A stretch of 64,000 nucleotides of DNA from the human T2T-CHM13v2.0 reference genome, Homo sapiens: assembly GCF_009914755.1 (NCBI RefSeq), contig NC_060928.1. The stretch is one strand, 5' to 3'. The stretch's first letter is position 1. Each line of letters opens with the position of its first letter. Both the position numbers and the translations under genes were made by a program. Shown in pieces: positions 1 to 17,934 of the stretch. Below the pieces are notes generated by a model that was not told the origin of the DNA, did not search any database, and saw only the letters and a list, made by a program, of their open reading frames with translations.

Positions 1-976
1 CCTTTGCCCACTTTTTGATGGAGTTGTTTGTTTGTTTTTTCTTCTAAATTTGTTTAAGTTCTTTTTAGATTCTGGATATTAGCCCTTTGTCAGATGGATA
101 GATTGCAAAAATTTTCTCCCATTCTGTAGGTTGCCTGTTCACTCTGATGATAGTTTCTTTTGCTGTGCAGAAGCTCTTTAGTAATTTTGGCTTTTGTTGC
201 CATTGCTTTTGGTGTTTTAGACATGAAGTCTTTGCCCATGCCTATGTCCTGAATGGTATTGCCTAGGTTTTCTTCTAGGATTTTTAAGGTTTTAGGTCTT
301 GCATTTAAGTCTTTGAACATCCTGAGTTGATTTTTGTGTAAGATGTAAGGAAAGGGTCTGGTTTCAGTTTTCTACATATGACTAGCCAGTTTTTCCAACA
401 CCATTTATTAAATAGGGAATCTTTTCCCCATTGCTTGTTTTTGTCAGGTTTGTCAAAGATCTGATGGTTGTAGATGTGTGGTGTTATTTCTGAGGCTGCT
501 GTTCTGTTCTATTGGTCTATATATCTGTTTTGGTACCAGTACCATGCTGTTTTTGTTACTGTAGCCTTATAGTATAGTTTGAAGTGAGGTGGCATGATGC
601 CTCCAGCTTTGTTCTTTTTGCTTAGGATTGTCTTGGCTGTGTGGGCTCTTTTTTGGTTCTATATGAAGTTTAAAGTGTTTTTTCCAATCTTGGAAGAAAG
701 TCAATAGTAGCTTTATGGGAATAGCATTGAATCTTAAATTACTTTGGGGAGTATGGCCATTTTCACAACACTGATTCTTCCTATCCATGAGCATGAAATG
801 TTTTTCCATTTGTTTGGGTCCTCTCTTATTTCCCTGAGCAGTGGTTTGTAGTTCTCCTTGAAGAGGCCTTTCACATTCCTTCTAAGTTGTATTCCTAGGT
901 ATTTTATTTTCTTAGTAGCAATTGTGAATTGGAGTTCTTTCGTGATTTGGCTCTCTGTTTCTCTGTTATTGGTGTA
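1..976 (-). mobile_element. LINE-1 copy 1 (older L1PA, about L1PA7/8), non-inverted arm: decayed 3' half of ORF2; continues beyond the window start
   Basis: Minus-strand ORF fragments match L1 ORF2p ([11 protein letters not shown]...KYLGIQL...KMAILPKVI; [34 protein letters not shown]) with stops and frameshifts. Confidence 0.95.
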
Positions 977-2144
977 GAGCAGAACTGAAGGAGATAGAGA
1001 CACAAAATACCCTTCAAAAAACCAATGAATCCAGGAGCTGGTTTTTTAAAAGATCAACAGAATAGATAGACCACTAGCCAGACTACTAAAGAAGAAAAGA
1101 TAGAAGAATCAAATAGACACAATAAAAATGATATAGGGGATATCACCACTGATCCCACAGAAATACAAGCTGACATCAGAGAATACTATAAACACCTCTA
1201 TGCAAATAAACTAGAAAATCTAGAAGAAATGGATAAACTCCTGGACACATACACCCTCCCAAGTCTAAACCAGGAAAAAGTCGAATCCCTGAATAGACCG
1301 ATAACAAGTTCTGAAATTGAGGCAGTAATTAATAGCCTACCAACCAAAAAAAGTTCAGGACCAGATGGGTTCACAGCCAAATTCTCCCAGAGGTACAAAG
1401 AGGAGATGGTACCGTTCCTTCTGAAACTATTCCAAAAAGTAAAAAATAGGGAATCCTCCCTAACTCATTTTATGAGGCCAGCATCATCCTGATACCAAAA
1501 CCTAGCAGAGACACAACAAAAAAAGAAAATTTCAGGCCAATATCCCTGATGAACATCATTGCAAAAATCCTCAATAAAATACTGGCAAACTGTATCCAGC
1601 AGCACATAAAAAAGCTTATCCACCGTGATCAAGTCGGCTTCATCCCTGGGGTGCAAGGCTGGTTCAACATATGCAAATCAATAAATGTAATCCATCACAT
1701 AAACAGAACCAATGACAAAAACCACACGATTATCTCAATAGATGCAGAAAAGGCCTTCAACAAAATTCAACAGCCCTTCATGCTAAAAACTCTCAATACA
1801 CAAGCTATCGATGGAATATATCTCAAAATGATATGAGCTATTTGTGACAAACCCGCAGCCAATATCATACTGAATGGGCAAAAACTGGAAGCATTCCCTT
1901 TGAAAAACTGGCACAAGATAAGGATGCCCTCTCTCACCACTCCTATTCAACATAGTATTGGAAGTTCTGGCCAGGCCAATCAAGCAAGAGAAAGCAATAA
2001 AGCGTATTCAAATAGGAAGAGAGGAAGTCAAATTGCCTGTGTTTGCACATGACATGATTGTATATTTAGAAAACCCCATCATCTCAGACCAAAATCTCCT
2101 TAGGCCGATAAGCAACTTCAACAAAGTCTCAGGATATGAAATCA
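976..2144 (+). mobile_element. LINE-1 copy 1, inverted 5' arm (ORF2 Z-domain/RT region, decayed)
   Basis: Abrupt strand switch at ggtgt|agagcagaactgaagg. ORFs read [11 protein letters not shown]...GPDGFTAKF and [17 protein letters not shown]. The RT FADD motif reads FAHD at 2042-2053. The arm ends at ...ggatatgaaatca. Confidence 0.95.
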
Positions 2145-2963
2145 TTGTCTTGACATTTTTTAAGCCAAACCTCTTTCTAAAACTATCAAATCATCCTTTG
2201 CTGGCATTATATTTTCCAGTTTTAGATCCTTCACTTCCCTTTTGCTTTAAGTTGTCATGTAATGTCATAACTTTGCTTTTTCTCAAATTGTATTAGAGTC
2301 TATAGGTATGCCTTTCTTATAGCAATCCTGCACACACTTAAAATCTGCCTTTTCAATGCAAGATAAAAGATATTTAACAAGAAATGCAAAGTTTTTGCAC
2401 CTGCTGGTGTAGCTGCAGCAACAGCTTTATCAATTTTCTTTTCTTACAGTGGCCCTTACATGGGATTCATTTATCTTGAAATGGTTGGCAACTGCAGCTG
2501 CAGGCTTCAATCTGTGGTACATATTAAGCAATTCAACTTTTTCTTGTATGTCCTGGCTTTCCTCTGCTTTTTTGGGGAGCACTTCCAGCATCACTAGTGG
2601 CACCTCATATGAGTCCCATAGGGCTATTCAACATTTATGGTATTGCATTAAACCCAATGAAAAATACACGAGAACAAGAGATCACTTTTTACTGTGACAC
2701 GCAATTTACTGGAGAGGTGAACTGCTCATGAGATGATTAGCATCACATGTGTTTTATGTGGATACTCACAACACTTGAGCTCACTGCAATAGTAACAAGA
2801 GGTGGCTGCAAAATTATTTCAGTAGTACAGTATGTCCTGCAGTTAATTTTAAGCAGTTATGATTTAATACTGCATCTTTAATTTGTTTGCATTTCTCTCA
2901 ACTGCAAATGGTGCCATGTGTGGTCTGTAAGTGTGTGCATAAGTGTTGATAAATCTTAACTTT

Positions 2964-3271
2964 CTTGTTTGTTTGAAATAGAGTCTTGCTCTGATGTCCA
3001 GGCTGGAGTACAGTGGCACAATCACAGCTCATGAGGCTTGAGCAATCCTCCCACCTCAGCCTCTCCAGTAGAGTAGTTGAGTAGAGTAGCTGAGACCACA
3101 GGCCTATGCCACCACGCCCGGCTAATTTTTTGTATTTTTGTATTTTTTTTTTGTGGATATGGGGTTTCACCATGTTGCCCCTGCTGGTCTCAAACTCCTG
3201 AGCTCAAGCAATCTGACAGCCTCAGCCTCCCAAACTGCTAGAACTACAGGCATGAGCTACAGTGCCCGGCC
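2964..3271 (-). mobile_element. Alu, J-type, near full length
   Basis: Dimeric Alu on the minus strand. Target-site duplication (TSD) aatcttaacttt at 2952-2963 and 3272-3283. Confidence 0.93.
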
Positions 3272-3463
3272 AATCTTAACTTTTTATAGTAGACTTGTGT
3301 ATTTTTTATGGTAGTAAATGATAAAATTGACTAGTATCTACACATATTTTATGCATTCATGTCATACCTTTTCTTATTTGTTTTGACATTTCTAGGGCAT
3401 ACAGTTCATCTGCAAGTTTTTTCAAATTGTCACAAATCTCCAAAGAAAATTAATAAATTTATT

Positions 3464-6841
<3,378 letters not shown>

Positions 6842-7769
6842 TGAGTGGACCCTTGGTGCTCAAGGGTCAGCTGCATGTTAACAAATATGTGGCAAAGGGT
6901 CAATTCTGTTCTGATGATTTAGGCTACTAATTGTACTTGCTTTGCTCATGGAGAAACTATCTGGTGACTCAAGTTCAGAAGGATTAATTTTTGATGTTGT
7001 TGGCTTTTAGAAGACTGACTTTTTCCCCCTTTTCGCCACCATATTTGCTTTGTAGTTCTTTAGAATTTGAGAAAGATAGGCAGTGCTGGCAGTCTGGGCT
7101 ATGTGGCAGTAGGGGCAGCTGGCCTCAAGGAAGGAAAACTGGAATGCTTATGATGGGACTTAAGAAGTAATTACCATTGTGAATGGCTCTCTCAGGTAGT
7201 ATCAATGCAGATTTACCTCCATGGATATAGCCCCTGGAAAACTTGGGAAAATGCTTAGTTTTCAACTGAAATAACCATATTTTGCACACTTTCTTTTTTC
7301 ATTCGATTGCAACAGATTCTGTTGGAAACTGTGTGCCTTACAAGCCTTCACAGATGGGTGTTGGTCTAGTGGTTAGTTATTCCATCTGCAAACTGTTGTA
7401 GGGCCAGTTTTCTCTCTTATCCTATGGAGTAAAAGAAAGCAAAAAATATCTGAAGGTAGGAAAATGATAGGAAAAAATAGGTATGAACGAATTATATTTT
7501 TCTCCTCTATCTTACCCATGTTTTTGAGATGGCATTAGATTTACAAATCATTTTATTATTTGAACTCAGAATGCCTTTCTCACAAGGCTATTCTACTTTA
7601 AGGATTCTAATCTGTTTTGTAAAAAGTCATATGATTTGGAGGAATTTTCTGATAGCACAGTATCCTCTGTTTGTTGGTTGCTCTCAAATTTTCTCAAATG
7701 TGTGGTGTGCATCCAAAGAATGAAGTTGCCTGAGTGAAAATTTATCGATATGGTAGAACTCTTCTGGAT

Positions 7770-8760
7770 AAAGGATCCTGAGAGTGAATGCCATAGTATT
7801 CTTGAGAAAAGCTTAGGAGGTTGAGAAAATGATGACCCACATTATGTGAAATAGAATGCCTGTGGAACCAACACTGAAGAAGGAGTCAAAAGGCTCAAGG
7901 AAGTAGATATACAATGTAAATCTGGAAAACCCACCTGATGACTATGTTCTAAAAGAAGATCCAGAGGAAGCCCCATCTATCAAAACAATAAGGAATGCTT
8001 AGGCAAGAGTGGTACCAACATCACAGAGAGGCCCCTTGGTGGCTGTGCTCCTCCATAGGCCAGAGTTGATGCTAGGAAATGCCTTTACAGAACCGGGTGC
8101 CCTGATAGCAAGCGGAATGACAAGATTCTCAAATGATAGAGGCCAATAGACATAGCTTAAATGTCAGAAGCCAGTTGGGCACACTTATTATAATGAGCAG
8201 AAAGGCTGGAGTGGCAGATGGGAGATGAGATGCAGAGGGCTCTCTCAACATGGTGAATAGAACACAGCATCTCTAGGAGCAAGATAGATGGGAAGTCAAC
8301 AAAGGTACCACACAATTAAGATAATGAAGAGTAGACAATCAATAGGCTAAGCAAATACAATGTCGAAATCTCTTACCCTTTTTCTGTATTGGAGCCAGTT
8401 TATCAATCTAGAACCTACTCACTAAAGGAGAGACCAGATCCCCCAAAGAAAGGACACAGTAAAATCATGACAAGTATATGTGGTAATAATCCCCCCAGTG
8501 CTTCCACAGTGGAATCTATGGGTGTTTATTTAATAACTATACAGTAGGGAAAGGTGAATACCCCACTATTTTGAGCAATGTTGGACACAGGTCTTATGAG
8601 GAATAGAAAATAAAATCCTGGCCCAGATTAGACTCAAGGGGTTCTGAGAGCCACCTGGTGGTTATTTCCCTAGTCTCCAAAAGTACAATTCAATGTAGTG
8701 GGTAGAAGCCCCACTAAGCCTGTGAGATAAGAGCAATCTTAATGAAGGATGCCAAGCAAA
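7770..8760 (+). mobile_element. Ancient ERVL-class internal fragment (ERV3-16A3/HERV16-like gag-protease relic)
   Basis: Decayed gag-like segments (EEGVKRLKEV; ENPPDDYV...PEE..IRNA) and a protease-like MLDTG at about 8578-8592, directly upstream of an LTR16-like LTR. Confidence 0.7.
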
Positions 8761-8769
8761 AGCCTCTGA

Positions 8770-9160
8770 AACAGCTCCCCATTTTCATTTCTCCTTCCTT
8801 GGACTGCATTTCTCATTCTCCCAGCTGTTTGGAGTGTTAGAGGCCAACAGTGCAAAGCTGGGCTCTATCTTTTCAACATTTGGGTCACTCCTCCTTCTGA
8901 GGGGAACCTGATCTAATGCTTGATGAGAAGGATAGAAAGGCTGGCTCCTTTGCCCCATTTCTGAAAACTCTGCTCTTGACAATCCTAACTTCATAGCTCC
9001 TGTGAGATTAGCTGAAGGCTTGGAGATTCCCACCTTCTCTCTTTGCTCAGTCCTACTTCTTTTACTATTCCATGGATGTTAATCCCAAGGGCACTCCCCA
9101 GTTAACTGTGTGCATGCAAATCTCAGTCCTCTCTGAGTCAGCTTCCCAGGATTAATGACA
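8770..9160 (+). mobile_element. LTR16-type ERVL LTR
   Basis: The 3' end aatcccaagggcactcccc...catgcaaatctc...gagtcagcttcccagg matches the recalled LTR16 terminus. Confidence 0.65.
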
Positions 9161-9767
9161 TCATCATTTCCCATTTCAAAATAAAAGAATTATGGGACTT
9201 GCCCAGCAAAATAAACCCTGGCTAGGTCAATTCATCCAAGATTATAGGTATACTAAATGATCATTTTTCTGTGGCTTTCTTAATATGAAAATTGTCTTGA
9301 TTTAGTGAAATCAAGGTAATTTTACTTAGTGATCTTAGTAAATGAATAAGATGATTCTTTTGTGTGCGCTCAGCCTAGCATTCCTATCAGAATTTAACAT
9401 TAAAAGATTCAAGATGACGGCATGGTTCTTTCTTTGGGCAGAGTTGTTCATCCACCTTCCCCTGTTGAGGAGCTCAGCCGCCCACTGAGCATAAAGAAGC
9501 CTTGTGTTGCAAAATGCTGCAAACCTTTGTTGAAATCCCTCAAACCTGAAATGAATACTTCTTTTTCTCCTTCTAGACAGTAATTGGAGCAAATTGTTGT
9601 TTTTGTAATAGTAAATCAGAAGCAATCTTCACCTCTCATTTTGATATTTTGAAATAAACTTCTATTTTAAGTGTTAGAGTTGAAATTGGCTTTTATTTAT
9701 TGCTGTTAGAAGGCTATGCAGCAACCATGTTTAGGGTAGAAAACCTCAGATAAATGGGGAAAGGTAA

Positions 9768-9977
9768 TATTTACTGAGTGTCTGCTATGCATCCACACTC
9801 TGCTTGGCTAACCCATATGCATTATTTAATTTAATCTTCACAAACATTGTATATCATAAGTATAATTTCTATAATATATAAAGTTGAGAGGTAAAATGAC
9901 TTAGTAAAGTCATACAACTAATGAGCTAAATAATGAACATTAGAAACCATGTCTTCAAGTCCAAAGCTCTTTCCACA
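9768..9977 (-). mobile_element. MIR SINE
   Basis: Reverse-complement MIR core (atttaatcttcacaa...gagaggtaaaatgacttagtaaagtcatacaactaa). Confidence 0.7.
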
Positions 9978-10275
9978 GCTAATTTGGCTTTATTCTTTGT
10001 AACTAAAGCCCATTTATTCTAATGTCTTAAAAATTATATCATGCTCATCTGTAATATTGTGATCTTACAGAGAGATTTGGACTCTATTGAAATTTTATTT
10101 CATTTTTCAGTAGCCACAGAGGAATTTGTGAGATAATGAGAAAAGAAATTCTATCTTTTGCATCTGAAAGCAGCAGACTATATTATGGACCTTTTTCATT
10201 ATTTGTTCTGCACTTGGAAAATATTTTCACTTGTGTGGAATGAGAATTTTGTATTCAAAATATAATTTATTTTGT

Positions 10276-10813
<538 letters not shown>

Positions 10814-13800
10814 TTATATGACATACATTATTGCCTCCTGGAAGTAAATTAATGGATAATTAAAGTAATTTTGAAATATCTAACATATTTGGAAAATGAT
10901 TCTCTCCTCATCTCACCAGTGATGTTAAAGGACACCAAGGCAGAACAATGGTTTCTCTAAATGGATTTGAAACCAGGACAATGACTCTCCCAGACAATGA
11001 AATTCCAGGAGGAAGGGCTGCACTTTTCTTCCTGTGGTTTTCTATATGCTAAATATAGTTGATCCTACCCTGACTCAATGGTAATGAAAGGAATAACTTT
11101 CAGAAGTAAACCCTTCTGCTTTATCATTTTTGTTACAAAAACTCTTCTGAGAGAGCTAGCAGAGTGTAATAGCTAGATAATAAAATAAATAGCTGGGAGG
11201 CGATGAGGAATTCTAGTAAGTATGGAGAAGTAATGAAGCATATAGTGTGTCCTTAAGACAAGATCAGTATTTTGTGAGCAGTTGGCATCCTGGTTTTCTC
11301 TCCACTCTGGAGGAGAAAACTAGGGAGTGCACCACATCACTCACATCAGTAGTCTCAGAGAAGATCTACTTTGGTTAGAGGGCTGAAGCAGTGTCTCTTG
11401 GATACACTGGACTGTTGTCATTGAGATCACATTTCTGCTTGTTGTTACCAATGCTTTATTTTAGTATCTTGGGGTCAGTGTGTTTTTATGTGGGAAAACT
11501 CTAGGCTACCCACTAGAGTCTATTTTGAATGGAGGCTGAGGAGAAGACAAGGAGGAGTTGGACACTGATTCAAGAGGGTTACGCAAGAATCCAGATCAGT
11601 GCCCCAGCAAATGGTTAATCTTACCTGACATTGTAGCTGTTCTATAAGTGCAAAACCATTGGTTTAGTTACTGAAGCAAACACTGCGTTTCACTTCTGAT
11701 GAAAGCCCTGATGTCCTGTAGTTAAACTATTGGAGGGATAAGAATTTATTCTTGATGTGTTTACTTTATAATTTTTAAAGTGTTCTGTTTCATTCAATGT
11801 CTTGAATGTTTAATATGACTAATCACTTCTTGCTTTGGAAATGAGCATCTTCTTTGATAAGTTGTTCAAGTGTTCAGGCATATAAATTGGAAAGATTTAG
11901 ATTCTTGACAGTGTGTGTAGCATACCAGTTGATGAAAAGAATCTCAATATTACATGCCAAGCAGGTTCTGCAGCATTATGTATTTCCAGAAGAATTGGTG
12001 AAAATTAGCATAGACTTTGGAAGGTTAACCTCCTCTTATTTCAAATTTTTAAAAATGTGTTTAATTAGAAACAGTTGAACCATCACTGAACAGGTGAAAA
12101 CAATCATAAAGATTTACTTTGCACATGCACACACACCCACAGTGATAAAATAGTATAAATTTTCTGAAGCATTTGTGAAGATTTAGAGGAACCACTAAAA
12201 TAACTATAGATGGTGGAGGATGGGTGGTAGGGCAACATGGCCACCAATAACCTTTACCAGCCAGGTCTCTCATTATGTAATTCATAGAGATACGTATAAA
12301 TTAGCTTTGGTTTATCTATAGAGACAGGTGTTATCATTTGAGTTGAACCCAGTACATCACACATTCATAAAAGCCAGATGGATGACACTGCCTATGGAAG
12401 TTTAGTGCCAGTCTATAAAGGCCAGATGGGTGCCGCTTCACGAAAGGGTTTATATTGGCTGGCTATGGCTGCACTCCAGAGAGTAATGAAATGTTCTCAG
12501 TCCTCCAAATAATTCCTCCATTCTTTATCTTCAGTTGTAATGGTCTGCAAGACCTTTCAGGTCTGAGACTTACCATTGAATTTTATATAACCTTATACAT
12601 TGTATGTCTAAAGACAGTTGCTCTTTTGATAGTACATAAAAAAAGATAAGGCACCCAGTAATCACTCAAGCCAAAGAACATAAACCAATCAGATCGTATG
12701 ATGATTTTACGCTGTTTTTCTCTTTCACTTAAAAAACTTTGGAGTTCTCTAGGTGCATCTAAAAATATATCAAAATGTAAAATAATTTTCTTCGATGAAA
12801 ATTACCCAAAGTCCATTCTCTTTACCTGTATTAACATACAACATTCCAAAACTTTGTGATAAGTGAAAATCAAGCCAATGCTTAATGAGGCTGAACTGAT
12901 ATCCCATCTCTATGTGGTGGTTCCCTCATAAAACATTGATTTTTGTGACTGTTCTCTTTGCTGACTTGGTGACTGCATTGGTTGTGCTTGGTTTCCTAAA
13001 TTTTCAGTCTCATAAATAGTTTGCTTGAGGTATTATATGATGATTATAAAATTCTAGGCTTACAACAGACTCTTCAAATTCAAGAGGAAGACATGGGAAG
13101 GCTTTGTAAATACTCAAACTGATGAATATCACAGTAATGAATTATTTCTCCCATAAAACTTTTTATAGTCTAAGATGCAGAACTTAGATTCTTCCACATT
13201 CTCTTTCATTTCTGCTTCTAGCACTAGCAACTCCCTCTCTTTTGAGGAATATTTTTTCACAGGAAAACAAAATTTATATCACCTCATGATCTGATCTGTA
13301 CTGTGTTGGCACAAGTAGAGAATAATAGATGTAAGTTGCGCTGTGGATGATGAGGTTATAAGCATTACACTTGCATCATGTCCAGCTCAAATTTTTCCCC
13401 TTCGAAGTTACTTGCTGTTGGTAAAACCAAGAATGTTAAATCTGTGAATGCTGAGAGCTTGCCATGTTGTCTAACCTAACATATCTTTACATGATAAAGC
13501 TCCTAAGGCTTTCTTTAATAGATAGATGGTGTTTAATGTGGCTGGGCAGCATTTTAATTAGTGAGAGAAAAGCATGAATCTCTCCCCATCATAGGAGTCT
13601 GCATTGCCTTCAAATTTCTCTAGATATTTCAATATGGCTTCTCTCCACACTGAGTTTGAGGACCTCTGAGCTAAACAACCTGTGGAAGATTCTCTCAAAT
13701 TGTAGGTGTCTGGGGCCAAGGATTCAGAGTGAACACCATGTCGGTTGTTCGGTGAGAAAGCTCCAACATAAAGGAGCAGTAATTCGTTGCCAGAGCACGC

Positions 13801-16342
13801 TGCTCAGGGGCCTGCAAGACAGTACTGGTGAGTCAAATATGGCATCACACTTGTCTCTTCTATTTCTCACAGGAGTAGGGTTTCTTTGCAGGTTGAAATG
13901 TGGTATGATGGTGTTGAAGGGTAAACATGGCTCCATTATCACCCGCTATTAGGAAGCAGAATCTGTGGCCCTAGTAGCAATACCTCAGTAATTTTGGACC
14001 ACTAAGTTGGGGCCTAAAGAGTGCAGGACTCCAGTCCAATGTTGCGATATTGGCAAGACACAGTTTGTCTTAGTGCACAGTGTAAAATAATAGGGTGGGA
14101 CCAGATCTCTGAGATTCTGGAAATCTGATCTCTTTAGATTCTTCACACAAGTAAAGCATTGTGAAATATTAGAAATTTACATGGCCTAAATTATTTTACA
14201 AATTATAGAAGTCAGCAACATAAGTAAAATGTCTTTTAAGATGTTTATAAGGTCTTGTTTCTAATTGCATAAGTATCTATAACTACTACAGTCATATTGT
14301 TTTGGGAAATTTTGTGTTTAATAATAGATCCTTGATTGGAATGATAATTTTCTTCTTGCTACACTTAATACTGATTTTAGTGAGAGTATTATTTCTAAAA
14401 CTTACAGCAGATTTGGACATACTGGAAAGGGCTCAGAGACATGTAAATAAGTAGTTTTAAAATGAAGTCCAGGAGAAATTGTAATGGCTTTTTCCTTGTT
14501 TTTGTTTTCTTTTAGTTTGGGGACGATAAGCCTATGATTGTATTAATACTTATTGAAACATCCAGATAAAATGAGAGTATTTGAAAACCATCAGAATATT
14601 TTGTCTGTAATAATCTAGATATTTAGGTCCTGTACTAGACCTCTAACAGATTATTCTAAAGCCCAGGAAGTATAGAGGTAACTACTGCTATACCAAGATT
14701 AAAAGGAAACAATCCCTTGATGTGTTTTTGCATGATTTGTATGGGCTTCTCTAGACTATGCATAATCACAAGGGAAGCCAATTTGTATAATTTTTCCCCC
14801 AAATCTGATTTGACCTTTACTGGATTTCACACAGTGAGAACAAAATTAACCAAATTTCAAGGGCTTACATTTGGTTCCAAATGCATTACACATTTCCAGA
14901 TTTTTTTCAAATGTTGTAAATACTTATTGCTAACTTGCTTTTGTAAGTGAAGCAGATGTATACCGTTGATAATAACACCAAAGGAATACTTTAATTTATT
15001 AATTAGAATGTTTATGGCTTCTTTAAGGCTGTGCTTCCATGCAAGCTAAGGCAGTGATCTGTGAATTAGTTTCTATTTGCGAAGGTAGAGTTGCTATGGA
15101 TATTTAAACAGGATTGAAGTGAAAGAGAACGTTCGCTGGCTAAACCAAAGCATTATAACATTTTAGTGAAGTTTAGATTTTGTTTCACATTCCAAACTCA
15201 CAAATGAATTTCCCCAAGCATGAAAGGCAGCAGATGAGAAGGCTGAGAAGGCTCAAAGGAATGCAGTCACTGCAAAGTGAAGTGCAGTCACTGCTTTCTG
15301 TAGAGCTGCCATCATTTCACTTTAATCTCTATTTCCTTAGTGCAATCATGATTTCTTTTGTGGTCACCTACAACTAAAAAAGTGGAAAGGATAACAAAGA
15401 ACTGTTAAGTTGTTCTTTCAATAGTTGGATGAAAGATCATTTTGGCTCAAGAGACTGGAGGAGAACTTGAGGAAGGAACCAAATCAATTCCTTTTCCACA
15501 ATTTTGTTCCAAAAATGTCTCAAGATTGAAATTGATTGAGAAGTCTCAGATTACTTTAGCACTTTGGAAGACAGACTCAACAAATGGTCCTGATAGGGTG
15601 AATTTCTTATTCTCTGATCTGATCTCATCTAGATTATCTTAACCAGAGATACAGAGAGGGGATGAGAGAAGACCTAGACTAAATATCTGATATACCTACA
15701 GAATTTATTTCTTTCATCCTTGGCTTTAAGAAGACTGACAGCTCAGCTCAAACTCCAGTTGGCGTTAGAGAAGCTTTTTAGTTAGCAGGGTATCGGGGAC
15801 AACACTGCAAATGACAACATGCATTTTTGAAGGCTCCTTGGCTATGCCAGCTTTCTGTAATTTGCATTTAATTACTTATCAGCCTCAGCAGCTAATGCTT
15901 TTCTTTCGGCTGAAAATGAGTGTTTTGTTGGTGTTGTAATAGAACTTGTATATTAAATCTTTGCAACTGATAGAAAAAAGTATAGCAGATAAGAACAGAG
16001 AAACTTACAGGAGTAGGTAGACTTAGTTATTGGGGCATCAAAATACAAAGAAGGAGGGATGACATTGAGGGATGACATTGAGCCAGGACAGATGAAGGTT
16101 GCCATCCATATGCTCATTAAATATGACCATGGAAAGCACAAGTGACTCCCAACTGTGTGCTGCCAAGTAAATGACACTATGGGCAAGAGAAATCCTGGAT
16201 TGCAAAACCACTCCCAAAGATATACATAATATGGATAAAATTGGTTTGATTTTTCAAAGTATACTCCCCAGAGATCTGACAAATATGATGGCTTTATAAA
16301 ATGTATTCAAATTAATATGGCAGAACTTAGAAAATGATTATA

Positions 16343-17380
16343 CAGATATGAGTTGCTTAATGACAGAGGTACATTCTGAGAAATGTGTTATGTGATTTTG
16401 TCATTGTGCAAACATCATAGAATGTATTTGTGCAAACATCATAGGATGTATTTACACAAACCTAGGTGGTATAGCTGACTACACACCTAGGCTATATGGG
16501 ATAGCTTATTGCTCCTAGGCTACAAGCCTGTACAGTATGGCATATACCTGTACTGCATACTGTAGGCAACTGTAACACAATCATAAGGATTTGTGTTACT
16601 GAACATATTTAAACATAGAAAAGGTACAGTGAAATATGGTATAAAAGATAAAAAATGGCACACTTGTGTAGGGCACTTATGAGTGGAGCTTGCAGGACTG
16701 TAACTTTTTTACCTTATAAACTTTAAATTTTTAAAAACTTTTTGACGCCTGTAATAACACAGCTTAAAACACAAACACATTGTACAGCTGTACAAAAATA
16801 TTTTCTTTCTTTATATCTTTATAAGTTTTTTTCTAGTTTTACTACTTTTATTTTTTACTCTTTAGATATTATGTTAAAAAACAAAGACATAAGCACACAT
16901 GTTAGCCTAGGACTACACAGTGTCAGGATCATCAGTATCACTGTATTCCCCTTCCACATCTTGTTCCACTGGAAGGTCTTCAGGGGCAATAACATGCATG
17001 GAGCTGCCCTCTCCTGTGATAACAACGCCTTCTTCTGGAATATCTCCTGAAGGACCTGCCTGAGGCTGTTTTACAGGTAACTTTTTTTTTTAATAGGTAG
17101 AAGGAGTACACTCTAAAATAATGATAATAGTATAGTATTGTAAATACATAAACCAGTAACATCATCATCAAGTATTATGTACATAACGACTGTACATCAT
17201 TGTATATGCTAAGACTTTTATTTGACTGGCAGTGCAGTAGATTTGTTTCCACCAGCATCACCACAAACATGTGAGTAATGCATTGCACTGACACTAGGTG
17301 ATAGGAATTTTTCAGCTCCATTATACTCTTAACAGTCCACATGTTCCATCATTTAAATGTCGTTATGAGGCACATGATTG
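16343..17380 (+). mobile_element. Tigger3/Golem (Tigger3b, MER7-type) non-autonomous DNA transposon
   Basis: TA dinucleotides on both sides. Imperfect TIRs cagatatgagttgcttaatgac / gtcgttatgaggcacatgattg. Diagnostic body ctacacacctaggctatatgg...ctcctaggctacaa. Confidence 0.9.
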
Positions 17381-17711
17381 TATTGTTTTTGACGAATTAA
17401 TGCAACTTATTAAAAAAGGCATCTGGAAGAACAAAATTCATGAATATGGGTTGTAGATGTATAGCTTTCCTCATCTCCAGTTCTCCAGAAAGTGGAGCCT
17501 TTGACAAAGTTTACATACCCAGGCTTTATTGGTAGATACAATCTCAGGAAGGCAGGAATGAAGTGCAAAGAAAGCGAGGCACGAAGGAGGAGTTGCAAAC
17601 ACAAAAAAGTACATAAGCAAGTTGGCCATAGCATCAGCAGAAAAGCAGTTGATTGCTTGGTTCTGCACAGTATTTTCCAGACAGTTGTTGCCCTAGAGTA
17701 GTCCCTTAGAG

Positions 17712-17934
17712 CAGGGATGGGCAATCTTTTTCTGTAAAGCATCATCAAGCAAATAGTTCAGACTTTGCAGGGCGTATAGTTTTTGTCACAATTACTTAAC
17801 TCAGCTATTATAGCATGAATGCAGCCATAGACAATAAGTAAATAAATGGGCATGGGTGTGTTCCAATAAAACTTTATTTATAAAAATAGGAGGTGCTCCA
17901 GATTGGCCCTGTGGCTGTTGTTTCATAATCCCTG
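17712..17934 (+). mobile_element. MER58A (hAT-Charlie MITE)
   Basis: caggg...ccctg termini, body gccatagacaata...gttccaataaaactttattt, and imperfect 8-bp TSD ccttagag / tcctagag. Confidence 0.88.

Noticed and set aside
17440-17700. Overlapping ORFs on both strands (also at 36626-37004 and 30863-31353)
   Set aside because: No recognisable protein. Probably very old LTR relics, which I cannot name with confidence.
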